Below the pieces are notes generated by a model. The model worked only from the letters and a program-made list of their open reading frames with translations. It was not told where the DNA came from and did no database searches. A DNA stretch of 63,950 nucleotides, counting the filler, from Reclinomonas americana ATCC 50394 (lineage: Eukaryota), in NCBI GenBank assembly GCA_048213135.1. It is 9 parts of 6 records of this genome, joined end to end, with 100 filler letters (N's around TTAATTAATTAA, not from the genome) between each part and the next. Parts side by side here need not be neighbours in the genome. Positions count along the whole stretch, not along the records: positions 32,590 to 38,690 come from PS015926.1; positions 38,791 to 57,591 come from PS015926.1; 7 more parts are not named here. One strand, given 5' to 3'. The position numbers were made by a program, and so were the translations under genes. Shown here in pieces: positions 36,790 to 51,350 of the stretch; position 1 is the stretch's first letter; the number at the start of each line of letters is the position of its first letter.

Positions 36790-38344
36790 TTATGCACCAA
36801 CCGATGAAGTGGGCACGTTTTCAATTAGCGCGTCGGTGGACGGCATGCTGGCGGGTGCCTTCACCGCCGATGGCGGTCTGTACGGCTCAAAGTCGGGATC
36901 CTCTTGCATAATCAGTCGCACATCAACTGGATGGTAAACACCGACCGACACGGTTGAGCGCGCATGCAGATGCGCCTCGGCTTGCGGGTGATGGTGATGC
37001 GAATGATGCTGTTGTTGTTGTTGTTGGTGATGGTGGTGCTGGAGATGATGGTGGTGGCTGTGTGACTGGCCGCCGGTACCAGCCGATGCATTGTGGTGGT
37101 GGGCTTGCTCGTGCTGTTGCGCCTCGCTAATGGCACGAGCTCTCTCCTCCTCCTCCCCGTCAAGCGCATCGGCCAGTCGCCGCAGCAGCGGCAGCAGGTC
37201 CAGCAACACACGATCCTCCTGAATGTACCCGAGATCCACTGACTGTCGCACCTCGAACCGCGGCACCAGAATACCGTTCAGCGGCTGCGGCACAAACGAG
37301 CGCGCCATGTCGTCGACCTGCCACCACCACTCAGTGAGCATGCACGTTTGCGACCGGCGGCATGGTGATCCACAAACACACACACCAGCACACACGAGCG
37401 CAGCTCGGCTCCCGGAATGACGAGCAGATCCTTGCCGTAGCCAGGCATCTTGCACTTGTCGCGCGCAAAGATCGAGAACTCGCCGGTCTTCGGGTCACGC
37501 GCAAAGAACTGCGCAACGGAAGACGAAGAGTGGTACGCGTTGAGCCAGTCACTAACGGCTCTCCGCCACTCGCTTGCAGCGCCCTCTCACCTCGCCACGC
37601 GGATCAATGCTCCGGACCGCTCCCAGTGCGTAGCCGTACGTGGCCGCTGAGTACACATGAATCTCGGCAAACTCGGACAGCTGGCGCAAAAAGGTCTCCA
37701 GATGTGGCCTGAACCACACCGGCCGGTGCTTCGTCGGCTCATTGTGCGTCGAGTACACCAAGTGAGCATCCTTTGCAGAAGCGAGTCAGTCAGCCACACA
37801 CATACACCACACAGTGCAGTGCACCGTGCTATGCATGATAAGACAGACCGGGCGAGGCAGTGCAGCAATGAGCTCCCCATCTTCTCGTTCCGAAAGCGTG
37901 TTGAGCAGTGTGTGATCCAAGTCGAGAACGACAATCAGTCGCTTCCGACGAATGCGCTGTCCGTCTGAGACAACTGCGCATGAGAGAATGTCTCTCTGTG
38001 TCTGTGATGTGAGTGAAAATGCGCAACTGGGAGTTGTCGGGGGAGTGTTGTTGCTTGTCTTGGGAGAGACAGAGTGCTGAATGTTGTTGTTGTTGTTGCT
38101 ATTGTTGGAGCCGAATGCGAGCGAGTGTGCGTGGTGCACTTGATTCGCGCGTCGACTCGACCAGGCGGCAGTGAGTGCCGCAGCACACCACACCGTCGTC
38201 CAACGCATGTGTGCTGTGCTGAGTCGGCGCCTGTGTCTGTGTGGGAATAGAAGAAAATTCGACGTGGGACACGCATGGAGTGGAGTGCACTCTGCGCATT
38301 CTGCAGCCGGGCGTTGCGCAGGTCGTACGCTGCTGTGTGAACAT
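36790..38344 (-). CDS. FCP1/SCP (NIF) HAD-family phosphatase
   Basis: LIVVLDLDHTLL (DxDxT), FRPHLETFL, VYSAATYGYA, IDP, VDD; His/Gln-rich tail; start uncertain. Confidence 0.8.
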
Positions 38345-38454
38345 GAAGTCACCAAGTGCAGCTATTCAAGCCCTCCAACTGCGAAACGTCGACGTCGCGA
38401 GTTTCCGTTACGATCGAGGGCGGGAGATTTTGTCAAAGTCAGGCGAGAGAACTC

Positions 38455-41400
38455 ATGGCGGATCTGGACTTTGTGATCCCGCTTGATCCCGACGTGTTGT
38501 TGGAGCCCAACGCCTCCGGTGCCTACTTTGTGCAAGATGTGGCGCGTGGAAGCAGCGTGGAAGATCAGCCAGCGGATGAATTGTTGGCCACGATCGCTGG
38601 TGAGGATGAGAGAGACAGGGGAGTGAGGGGAGGTTGGCTTGGGTGACGACTCACTTCACGCTCTTGTCGCAGAGGTGCGCGATCGTCTGCNNNNNNNNNN
38701 NNNNNNNNNNNNNNNNNNNNNNNNNNNNNNNNNNTTAATTAATTAANNNNNNNNNNNNNNNNNNNNNNNNNNNNNNNNNNNNNNNNNNNNGAGTTCTGGA
38801 CGGCCGGCAGCAGCGGCATCGACGACGATTTGTGGAACCTGCTGGTGCGCTCGACGGTCGCTGTGGCTGAGCATGCGAGCGGAGCGCGTGCCAAGAGCAT
38901 ACGTGAACACTTGCTGGTCGTTTTCGCTGGCATCTTGAATCACGCGCCGACCGCTGGCGACAGCGTCAACAACCTCGGCGGCACCATGCTCAGCGCCATC
39001 ATGAAGGCCGAGCACATGCCACAGCTGGTGGCCGAAATGCTGAAAGCTGGAGCGCAAGACGCCGGTGTGGCCACTCAGGTCGTCGGCAGCATCGTTCGGT
39101 GCGAGCGCGTGTTGATGACGACTGCTGTGTCGCGTGTCTGTCGTCTCATCTCCTTCTCCTTTCTGCAGTGAGATCAGCCATGTGCCGGCTGCAGATCTGG
39201 CCCGCGAGACCTCTGGCACCAAGAACATCTCCACATTCATCTGCGAGCTGGGCGATCGTCTGCCCAAACTCGCCAGCCAAAACGTGCCCTTCCTCATGCC
39301 TTTCCTCGGCGGCGAGGTGAGTCGTGTCAGCTACCGTGTGGCCAATCCGTGATGCTCATCGCGTCCCATGTGTACAGGCGTATCAGCTGCGCAATGCCCT
39401 GATCCATGTCGTCGGTGCCATCATCCGCCACTTTGCGCCCCAGCAGGCCGCCGATGCAGCGGCGCGGGGGGAGGAAGTGAACGTATGTGACGCTCACTTC
39501 TTGCAGTGATTCTCATGGTTGTTGTGCTGAACTGGCACTCGCGTCGCAGAGTGCTGCCAACTTTGCCAAGAATCGCGACCATTTGTTCCAGGTGCTGCGT
39601 GAGCGCTTCTTTGATGTCAACGCGTACACGCGCACCAAGGTGTTGCATGTGTGGGACGAGCTCGTCAGGTACTGTTTGTGCCGTGGCTTTCTCTCCACGC
39701 AGTTATTGCGCCTCACACGTTGCCATCACACAGTGCCCAATGTGTCCCCAAGGCACAGATGAGCACGCTGACGGAACTCGCGGTCGGACGTCTCACGGAC
39801 AAGTCGGCATTTGTGCGACGCGCTGCCGTGCAGCTGCTCAACTCACTGTTGCAATATAATCCGTATGGCCCGCGGTTGCACGTGCACCACTTCAAGGGCG
39901 AATTGGAGAACTGGAAGACCAAGTTGCAGGTGGGAAAAACCAATCTGTGGCTTGCAGGTCCTCCAGCAGCACTTGCTCAGTCATCCCTTTCTTTGTCTAG
40001 TCGTTGCAGGAGAGGTCGGGCAAATCCGCGGCGGTACCACCGACGGAGGGCGAAGCGAGCGGTGAACCGAGCGAGTCGCTGGACATTGACACGAGTGACA
40101 TGGAGGTGTGTCTCTCTATCTCTCCTTCCATCACCTTGCCCTTCAGTGCTTACACCGCCGCCCCTCTCTCCTGCAACAACAACAACAAGGCCGTTGCCGG
40201 TATCATGCAGACCGTACAGTACCTCACCGAAGCCGTGTTCTTCATTGCTCAAATGGAGCGCGCTGTGCCCACCGTGTGCCAGCTGCTCGGCTCCAAGACC
40301 ACCAGTGACGTGCAAGAGGCCATCCAACTCATTGTCACTGCCAGCCTGTTTGAGATTGGCTCGATTGATGTGGCCGCGCGCAAGATGCTCACCCTCATCT
40401 GGAGCTCCGAGGTGGCCATCCGCACGGCGCTTCTCGACGCCTTCCACACGATGTACATCAACCCCGACTCGAAGCACGCCACTGGTCTCGGGACCAAGTT
40501 GATCAGCATGATGAAGGGCGCCTCGGTGGCCGACCTTACGTCGCTCGAGGAGATTCTGTGCGAGCTGCTCAAGGCCGGTCGCGTGCACGGCAAGCTGATT
40601 GCCAATCTGTGGACCCTGTTTTGTTGCGTGCGCTTTGCGAGCGAATGATTCAACTCACTGGCACAGCAACTCATCTCCACCCGTGTGTTGGCGACAGTGA
40701 ACGAGGACGAGTCGGTATCGCGCCAAGACAGCAATTTTGCGCTGGTGCTTCTTTCCATGGCTGCCAAGATCCGACCGCACCTGATTGCCAGCAAGATGCA
40801 GCTGATTCTCGATCATGGACTCGGCGAGCAGTACAAGGTCGGGCCTGCTTGCATGACTTTCTGTCACCACTGTCTCTGCATCTGACACGACGCGTGTGTG
40901 TGCGCAGGGCGATCACATTCGTCTGCAATACAGTTGCCGGTGCCTGCGACCCGTGTCGACCATTACTACCGACGGTCTGCCTCCAACTAGAATGCATGTT
41001 GTCGAAGAAGAGCAGGAACTGACTACTTCTCCGCAGCCGGCACCTTCTGGCGACTCTCGACCACGCACGCAGTGGCGAAGCGCTTTGTGGCCATACTGAC
41101 CGATCACTCGTGGTGCCCGACGTCCACATGGTATGTGCATGCCACTGCTTCTCTTTGTTCTGTTGCGATGAAGGTGGTGCTGACGACATGGGGGGCAGGG
41201 CTACGGTGGCCGAGGATGTGATTGCCACAGTGTATGCACTGGTGGAACCGGCTGACGAGTTGTGCGAGGAGGTGTTGACACGACTCAGCCAGGAGATCCA
41301 ACCATCCGAAGGCCGTTGCGTCTGTATCTCAGCCTATCACAGGTGAGTGCCTCGTGCTAACCCGACGTTCGCAGAATCGTCAGAGGACGGACAGAGCGCC

Positions 41401-43107
41401 GCCACACTGAACAAGCTGCTGTTCCTCATCGGTCACGTGGCCATCAAGAAGGTCGGGAGTGCCTACTCGTCTGGCGCACACTCTTTGCTTGGCAAACACT
41501 CACTATCTTGTGCGGACAGATGCTCTCACTCGATGTGGCGCATGCACAAGCAAAGGAGAGGGAGGCACGTGAGCGCAAGGAGCAGCAGTCGGCGGCTGCG
41601 GATGCAGACAATGGACCGGCGGCAGGTGCTGTCGTGTGTCAGTGCTGGCAGCGCTTTTGTTTCACCGCTCACAATTGCGTGCAGAGGACGAACTCGGTGC
41701 CGAGGAGGCGCTGATGGCTGAGGCCGAGGCCGACGTGAGACACGAGCGATCCATTCGCGAGGTGACTTCATGTGTGTTGCGGCTGATTGAGAGAAATGAG
41801 CGACTTACATCGCGTGACAGATTGTGGAAGGCGACGGATTGATTGCACGACTGTGCCCACTCGTGGTCCAGACATGTAGCACTGATATTGGCAAGGTTTG
41901 ATCACTTACTTGCGGCTGCGCATCTACCGCACTCTGCTCACCCTGGTGCAGGATATCGAGTTGCAGAAGAGCGCCGTGCTCTCTCTGTGCAAGCTGATGA
42001 CTGTCAGTCCGCGCTTCTGGTACGATCTCATACGCTTGTGCGTGCTTTGCACGTGACGAGAGTGTGCTCACTCTGCGTGCTGACAGTGAGGCCAACTTGC
42101 GACTGCTGTTTACGCTGTTGGAAAAGTCGCCGTCGTTCATCATTCGCAGCAACATCGCCGTGTCGATCGGCGACCTTGCCTTCCGCTTCCCCAACCTGGT
42201 CGAGCCGTACACCAGTCGCATCTACGCTCGTCTGCGCGACAAGAACACGCAAGTGCGCAAGAACACGCTGATGGTGCTCGCCCATCTCATTCTGAACGAC
42301 ATGATCAAGGTCGGTCCCGTCCTTCCTGTGCCAACGCACACACCACTCAACTGACACCACTCGTCGCCGCTAGGTCAAGGGCCAGATCAGCGAACTCGTG
42401 CTGTGCACCGAAGACAAGGAGCAAGGCATTCGTGACATGGCACTGCTGTTCTTCAGCGAGCTGGCCAAGAAGGGCAACAACACCATCTACAACTACATTC
42501 CCGACGTCATCAGTCGGCTCTCGCAAGAAAAGGGTCTCAGCAATGCCACCTTCAAGAGGGTCATGAAGTTCCTGCTGGAGTTCGTCTCCAAGGACAAGCA
42601 AACCGAGTCGCTGGTGGACAAGATCTGCCACCGCTTCGCCAACACCCAAGATGTGGATGCGTGGCGCAACCTGGCTTTCTGCCTCACCACTCTCAATATC
42701 AACGAGAAGAGTGTGAAGCGGATGAACGAGATCTTCAAGGTCTACAAGCCGGCGCTTACCGATCCGGCAACCTTCGCCTTTTTCCTCACCATCGTGGCCA
42801 AGGTCGGTGCCGATGATTCGCTGCGTGTGCTCCCAGAATTCTCACACCCGTGCGACAGGTGCGCAAGGCGGCCAAGGATGGCGCCAAGTCTGCAGTCGAC
42901 GAGTGGGAGGCCAATTTGATGAGCACGCAGATTGGCGGTGACCAAGCTGTGGCCGACAGTTGCGCACAGCAGCATCAAAAATGCAGTCTGTCACGTGCTA
43001 ACACTCTGCCATCAACTCCCTCTGCTAGGCGACGGTGAAGCCTCGATGTCAATCGCTCCCATGGGCGACGATGACGATGATGATGACGACGAGGAGGGTG
43101 AGGAATG
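38455..43107 (+). CDS. NCAPD2: Condensin I subunit CAP-D2/Cnd1
   Basis: DVNAYTRTKVL, GRLTDKSAFVRRAA, NPYG, LLGSKTTSDVQE, RKMLTLIWS, GHVAIK, IRSNIAVSIGDLAFRFPNLVEP, HLILNDMIKVKG; 20 introns splice in frame. Confidence 0.93.
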
Positions 43108-43117
43108 AATCAATGAA

Positions 43118-46100
43118 TCAATGAAAAAGTGTCCACACAATCATGGTGTTACACTGGAATGATGGCGGACAACGCATCACTGACACCCACGCAACAATGA
43201 GCACTAGCAAAACAACAAAGCAGGCCACGTAATGACCACACTCACCGGCGCCGGCTGCTCGCCCTTCTTCAGCCACGGCAGGTTGGCGGCGGCCTGTGCG
43301 ACACAGAAACGTGAGAATGGTACAGAGAACAAACAATGTGGAAGGAAGGGATCACAGTTGCGCAACTTGACGCAAAAAGTGCATCTGATCGTCCTCGTAC
43401 GAGAGTGAATTGTACTCGGTGGTCAGCTCCTTCAGTGCTCCCAATGTCCTGCTCTGTGGGTCACGAGTGAGCGGCGAGCCAGATACATCGAAGCAAGCAA
43501 ACTATCGCACCAGTTGGTCAAACCACGGATTGCGCACGGTGCCGACAAAGTCCTCGACTGTGGTCGCCCCCGACAGCAGTGTCAAAGCATGTCAAAACAT
43601 AAAGAAAAGAGATTCTTACGCACTCGTTTGTGGCGGCGGTCCTCGGCCGCTGCCTTCAGCGGGCACAACTGCTACAAACACGAGTCAGCACACGCCGCTG
43701 CCGCTACACAGAGTTCAACGACAACCAGTACGCACGAGGAGCAGCAGCAACAACAGCAGCATCATCACCAGCTGGCGGCGCAGCGACAACTGGAGGAGCA
43801 GCAACTACCGCTGGCGGTTGTTCGGTCTGCACAATGACACGTTGTGGTCGACAGTCCTGCATCATCAACCGATGAGTTCGTTTTCTTGACCGAGTGCACT
43901 CACGCAAAGAGACGATGACACAGACCAGGGGTGTGGCGTCGGCCATGAGTCGCGGTATCTCCACCTCCAGGTCACTGACGAGCTGCGAGAGGCGCTTGGC
44001 CATGCGACGAGCCGATGCAATTTGCGCCTGCTGATGGGCGACCAGCTTGCCCTGCTGCGTGAAGGCCGCCTTTAGCTTCTTCATGTCGCGCAAGGTGGTG
44101 ATCAGCTGTTCGCGACCCGACTTGATGTCCTTGCGCATCTCGCCCAGCCGCTCACTGATGCTTTGTCGATATTTCTGCACAACGTATGTCAGTGACTGCC
44201 GTGATACAGAGAACGACAGCACCGCACCTCCATGTCGGTCAACCGACCGAGAATAGCGTCCTTGTCAGTGGCGCGTGGGTGCTCTTGACCTGCACAAGAG
44301 GCGTGTGAGACAGACAGCAGTGCACTTCCGCCCTCCGCTCTTTGTACGAAACGATAGCACTCGATCACTTCCGAGGTCAGCTGGGCGACGATCTTGAGGC
44401 GATTTTGCAGCGCGTGTTCGTTGGTCTCGAAGCGCTTGAACTCGTTGCGATCCTCGTCTGTCACAGACTCCAGCAACTGTGCATTGCCAGTCTGCGTGAA
44501 CTGGTAGAACGACGCCGTGATCTCCTCCATTTTGGTACGCAGGGCGTCCACCTGCAGCGAGCCACCTTGCCGTCAGTCATCACAGAAAAAGGGGAGCGCG
44601 ATATTCAGCAATCGCCAACCTCATCAGACAACAGTCCAAGACGAGCTTGCGCCGAGTGCTTCTCGTCGTACGCAGTCCTGGCCATGGAGGCATTGCCCGT
44701 CATCTGCGTAGCGAGAGGAGAGTGAATTTCAAGTGCGCGAATGCGAATGAATTGCCACAAATACGCACGTGGTAAGCCAGCGTCTTGAGCGCCTTGACCA
44801 GCTCATCGTTCTTGCTGCGCTCAGCCTCCAGCTCTTGCAGCGCGCTGGCAACAGGATGCTGATGGTGAACAGGTGTACACATTGCCATAGCAGAGGGACA
44901 ACACAGCGACGCACCCAGCAAGTCGCTGCTTGAGGTGAAACACTTCGCCCGGAGTGGCGCCCAACACACGGAATCCACGCGGTGCCGCACCTGGCAACCA
45001 TGAATTGAGCAAGATAATGGATATTCGTCATCAACGACATTATACGGTACGCAACCAGTCTCCAGTTCAGCCTGCACATTGCCGAGTGTGAGCGGCATGG
45101 TGTAGTCGACATGGGCGAAGAAGTTGTCGATCAGAGTCTGCAGATTGCGACCAAACGCGAAGCTCCTGCGACAGTTCACGCAACAGGCAGTAATGAGTGA
45201 CTTCAGCAAGCAAAGACAGAGCGAAACCAAGCAGGAGAGCGCACCGTCGGTTGATGGACGAAATGAGCAGCATCAGCTCCACGAAAATATCGGACGACAC
45301 GTCGGAGAAGAGGCTTTGCGTGGCACCGATAAACGGCGCGGAACTCGAATGGGAGCTGTACAACCAGTCTGGAGCGACAATGCGCGGACCACGTGGTGGC
45401 TGCATCGTTGAAACAAAGGATTATAAGCAAAAACGACAGTTGACACTCCATCTAACTCCTCACTCACCTCTGGTCGCGTATCACCCTTGGCGCCGAGTAG
45501 CTGGCGGAAGGATCGACTGTTGGCACCAACTGAGGCACTGCGCATGCTCTGTCGTGCGGCGCTACGCAAGGGTGAGCGCGGTGGGCTGGAGGACGCAGGG
45601 GCGGGTTGCCGGGCAGCCGCCTGTGCAGCTGTCGGCGATGTCAGGGTTGTAGTGGACGAGCCGGCCGCGGCACTCGCTACTGCTCCTGGTGGTGGCGCTG
45701 CCGATTCACCGCCAGTCACCGACAGCGAGACAAAATGCGCATCCGGCGCCTCATCCGCGATCTTGCCGAATGGTCTGACCAGGGCCGAGATGCTGCCACG
45801 ATGCCGACTGAGCGCGGATGCTTCATCCGACTCCGCCGCACCGCTCGCCACAGTCATGGTAGCATACGCCGTGGGCGACATGACAATCTCCACCCCTGCT
45901 TGCGCCGCGGCCGCCGACGGCGCCGCATCCGTGGGCGTGCTGTCCAGCATGGAACGGCCGACATTTTGCAACACTGCACGCACACGTCACGCGACAAGAA
46001 CAGGAGGAATGGCGCGAGAAAGCGAGAGGGCACCTTGGCCAATACTCGCAGCTGGTGTGGAGCTCGGCTTTTGGCGGCGTCGTGGTGTCACGGTGCGATA

Positions 46101-47746
46101 CACCGGCTGTGCGGCGACATCGGGCGGCGGTGCCGGTTGTGCCTCCTGCACACGTGCACACACAATGAGAGGCGGCAGCGCACGACCGGAGTCTCTGCTG
46201 ACACACACACCTCAAGATGACTGAACGCCAGTCCCAGCGACACATCGGTGCCAGTGACCACCTTCTTGCCCTTGCTGCCAAACAGCTTCTTGGCGGTCTT
46301 GCTGGATCACAATAACAACAGTGGGCAGCATGTCACAGCAGAACAGCACATGAACGCCACACGCAACGCTGTCTGTCGAGCTGCCAGGGTGGTGTCGATG
46401 CCCATCTGACTCTGCTGCTTGCGCAGGTTGGCCAGCATTTTGCGCTGCAGATTGAGCGTCATGCGAGCGGCCGTGTTCTCCTCTGCGCGTGGAGATGAGC
46501 AAAGAGACTGAGGAAAAGAGAGAATAAGAGAGAGAGATAGGCCACTCACCAGCGACCTTTTCCGCTTGAGCCGCTGCATCAAACTCGTCATGTCTGTGCC
46601 AAAGAAAAGGGGAAAGAAATCAGTGATCACAATGTGATCAACACTCACAAAAGAGAGAGAGAGACGCAACAGTTTGGCCACAAAAGCGCCCTGTTTCATC
46701 AGTGGGTCTTGCACGGACAGCACTGCGTCCTTCCATTTGTTCAGCGACAGGAGCGATGCGCAGAGATCTGTGTGTGAGTGTGTGACAGGATGTGATGAGC
46801 AGCAGTTTACACATGACAGTTTTACACATCGTGCCGCGCACGGACCGCGGTACTGGCGCTCGAGAAAGGTCACAAAGGAGCCGATGTTGTCCCAGTCGAA
46901 GCCCACCACGTGCTCTTGCAGTGACATGATGAGTGACAGCAAAACGACTGGACATGTACAACCGACGATGATGGATGTATGACTCGACGTCGCGCTGCGT
47001 TCACTTATGAGGTACAGTGAGAGACTCGCTCTCTTCCCTTCTCATTCTCTCTCTTGCGATCAGTATCGGCGACCGGGGCTCTGTGCCATGGCCATCAGAT
47101 CGCGATCCGAGTGCCGCCGTGGCGACACTGCTGCAACGTAGTACGACGACGATGCATGCGCGGGCGATGAGGAGGCGAACGACGACACGGGTGAGTGCGA
47201 CGACAGGTACGGTGACTCGGCCACCAGTGCCGGCGACACGGATCGCATGCGGCGCGGAGACATGTTGCTGCTGCCTGCCGGCGAGCGTGGACGACTCGGC
47301 GAGCTGCTGCCCTCGTGCCACCCGCGCGGTGTGTATCGCTTCACCTCCAAGTCGCGGCTCGGGCTGTCATGAGGGGAGGAGGGGTGTGAGTGTGGGATGT
47401 GGGATGTGGGAGAAGGGGTTAAAGGGAAAGAGACAGGAAACGGGGAGAGGACAAAGGGGAAGGAAGATGGGAAGAGGACGGGAAAGAGAGACAGAATGTG
47501 GATGTCAGGCGAGTGCAAGAACGACCTGGGTGGAAATGGGCACTAGGTTGTGCAAGGAAAAGAGAATGGATGCAAAGAACAACGACTCGTACTTGCAAAG
47601 GAATGGGAGAGAGAGAGAAATCAGCCGAGGAGGGAGCGAGTCGGAAAGAAACAGATTTGGAACACAGGAGACTGGACTTGACGAAGGAGGAATGGATGCA
47701 CAAGAACAAGGCTATAGAGAGAAAGTCTTGCAAGGGTTGGAAGTAA

Positions 47747-47779
<33 letters not shown>

Positions 47780-48853
47780 TGATTTGGAACACTGTTGCCT
47801 CGAAGAACGGCCAGTGGCATGCTGTCTTGCAAGGAAAGAAGGCATGAACACAAGAAAGAGAGGGACTGGCAGGGGACTGCAAGCGAAAGTGAAGAGGGAC
47901 TGGCAGGAGACTGCAAGCGAAAGTGAAGAGGGTAAGTGGAAGAGAGCGATTTGGAACACAGAGTACGGGAAGAAAGTGGTTACGACTGGAAAAGAAAGAG
48001 GAATGGACGCAAAAGACAAGAATGAGACGGACTTGCACAGAACTGAGACAGAAGATCGGGAGAGAGTGCGAGTGCACAGTGGTTTGGAACACAACAGCCT
48101 GCAAGAACGACATAGATGCAGAGAAAATAGGTTTGCTTGCAGACGGACAAGGTTATGGAGGAGAGAAACATGCAAGGGACTGGGGCGAGAGTGAGAGAGA
48201 GAGAAAAGTGAGAGACTCAAAGCCTGCAAGAACGGCCTGAACGGACCGCAGCTCGGCGACTGACACAAATAGAGACTCGTAACTCTGTGGGCGCATAATG
48301 ATCCAACGAGCGGATCTCCGGTCGATGCTCCAGTGCCTCCCGGTACCGACTCACAGTCTCCCGTTCCAACGCCGCAAACTTGTCAAACAGACGAGAAAGG
48401 GCATGAACGACACGATGTAATATCGATTTCTCCGCGAATGATTACCTTATCCTTGGCACGACGGAACTCGTGCGTGCTCGGCTCACGCACAGGCACACTC
48501 GACGAGTCCAACAGCTCACTAATGCGCTGCTTGATGGCCATGGTGCGTTGCAGGAACTCCTCGCGATTCAACTCAGACTCGCGCAGAGACTGTGTGTGTG
48601 AGAGAGTGAGAGTGTGTGCAGAGAGAGAAAGAGAGAGTGCATGTCAACGCACTGCGTAGCGGCTTTCAGGAGAGGCATAGCTGTGTGTGTGTAAGAGAGT
48701 GAGTGCAATAAGACGCGGGATTATTGGAGCTGCGGTTGCACACGCAACGGGCTCTGTTGTGTGTGTGTATGTGAGTGGAGGGAGAGAGGCAGTGTGAGTT
48801 GAGTGGCAGCAGAGTGTGTGTAAGAGAGCGAGTGGCGCAACTTGCGGATCCAT
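43118..48853 (-). CDS. Large multi-exon coiled-coil / Ser-Pro-rich hypothetical protein (may be more than one gene)
   Basis: Series of minus-strand exons with GT-AG ends (e.g. KYRQSISERLGEMRKDIK, VDALRTKMEEIT, SLRESELNREEF); first exon probably MDPQ|gttgcg; boundaries uncertain. Confidence 0.5.
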
Positions 48854-49295
48854 GTTTGTTGCGTGAAACAAATGAACGTCGCGGGACACTGGCAAACGCT
48901 CGTCGATGAGTGGAGCTGCGAGGCAAGCGTGCACACCACCTCCTGGCTTAGTGTCTGCACTGCTGTTTCCACTGAAGAACGACGCGTTTGCTCGTTGCCA
49001 AGACTCGGATGTCCTGTGGAGTCGGAGATTAGACTCCGATCTCTTGTTTCTCTTTCAGTGATTCTTGAGCGCAAGGCATGGCAAGTGGTAGCAAGGTCAG
49101 TTAGGCCCTCCTCTTTGCGCACACTCATTGTCTTTCGCTGCTCCAGTGTGTGCAAGATGCGCACCTGCATTGACAGAGATTGAAAACGATGTGCTCACAC
49201 ATGCACACATTCTCACCCTTCTCTCTCACACACGCACACACGCACAGAGACACATTCCTCCTCTCCTCACTTGCATGCTCACAACACGCTGCGGC

Positions 49296-51238
<1,943 letters not shown>

Positions 51239-51350
51239 AGGAAGGACGCCGAGTCAGCGCATTGCCAATCCACCCGCCACGCATTTTTTGAGCAATGAAT
51301 GAATCGATCGACCGCCACACCTCTACTCCCTTTCTCTCTTCGCAGCGCAC

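Noticed and set aside
47372..48230. Long purine-rich tract with recurring ttgcaagg/ctgcaag motifs as a possible mobile element
   Set aside because: No terminal repeats, target-site duplication or transposase ORF; fits an expanded low-complexity intron
48900..49170. ORF MQVRILHTLEQRK... as a separate gene
   Set aside because: No homology cue; lies in the divergent promoter interval and MDPQ|gttgcg is a better first exon
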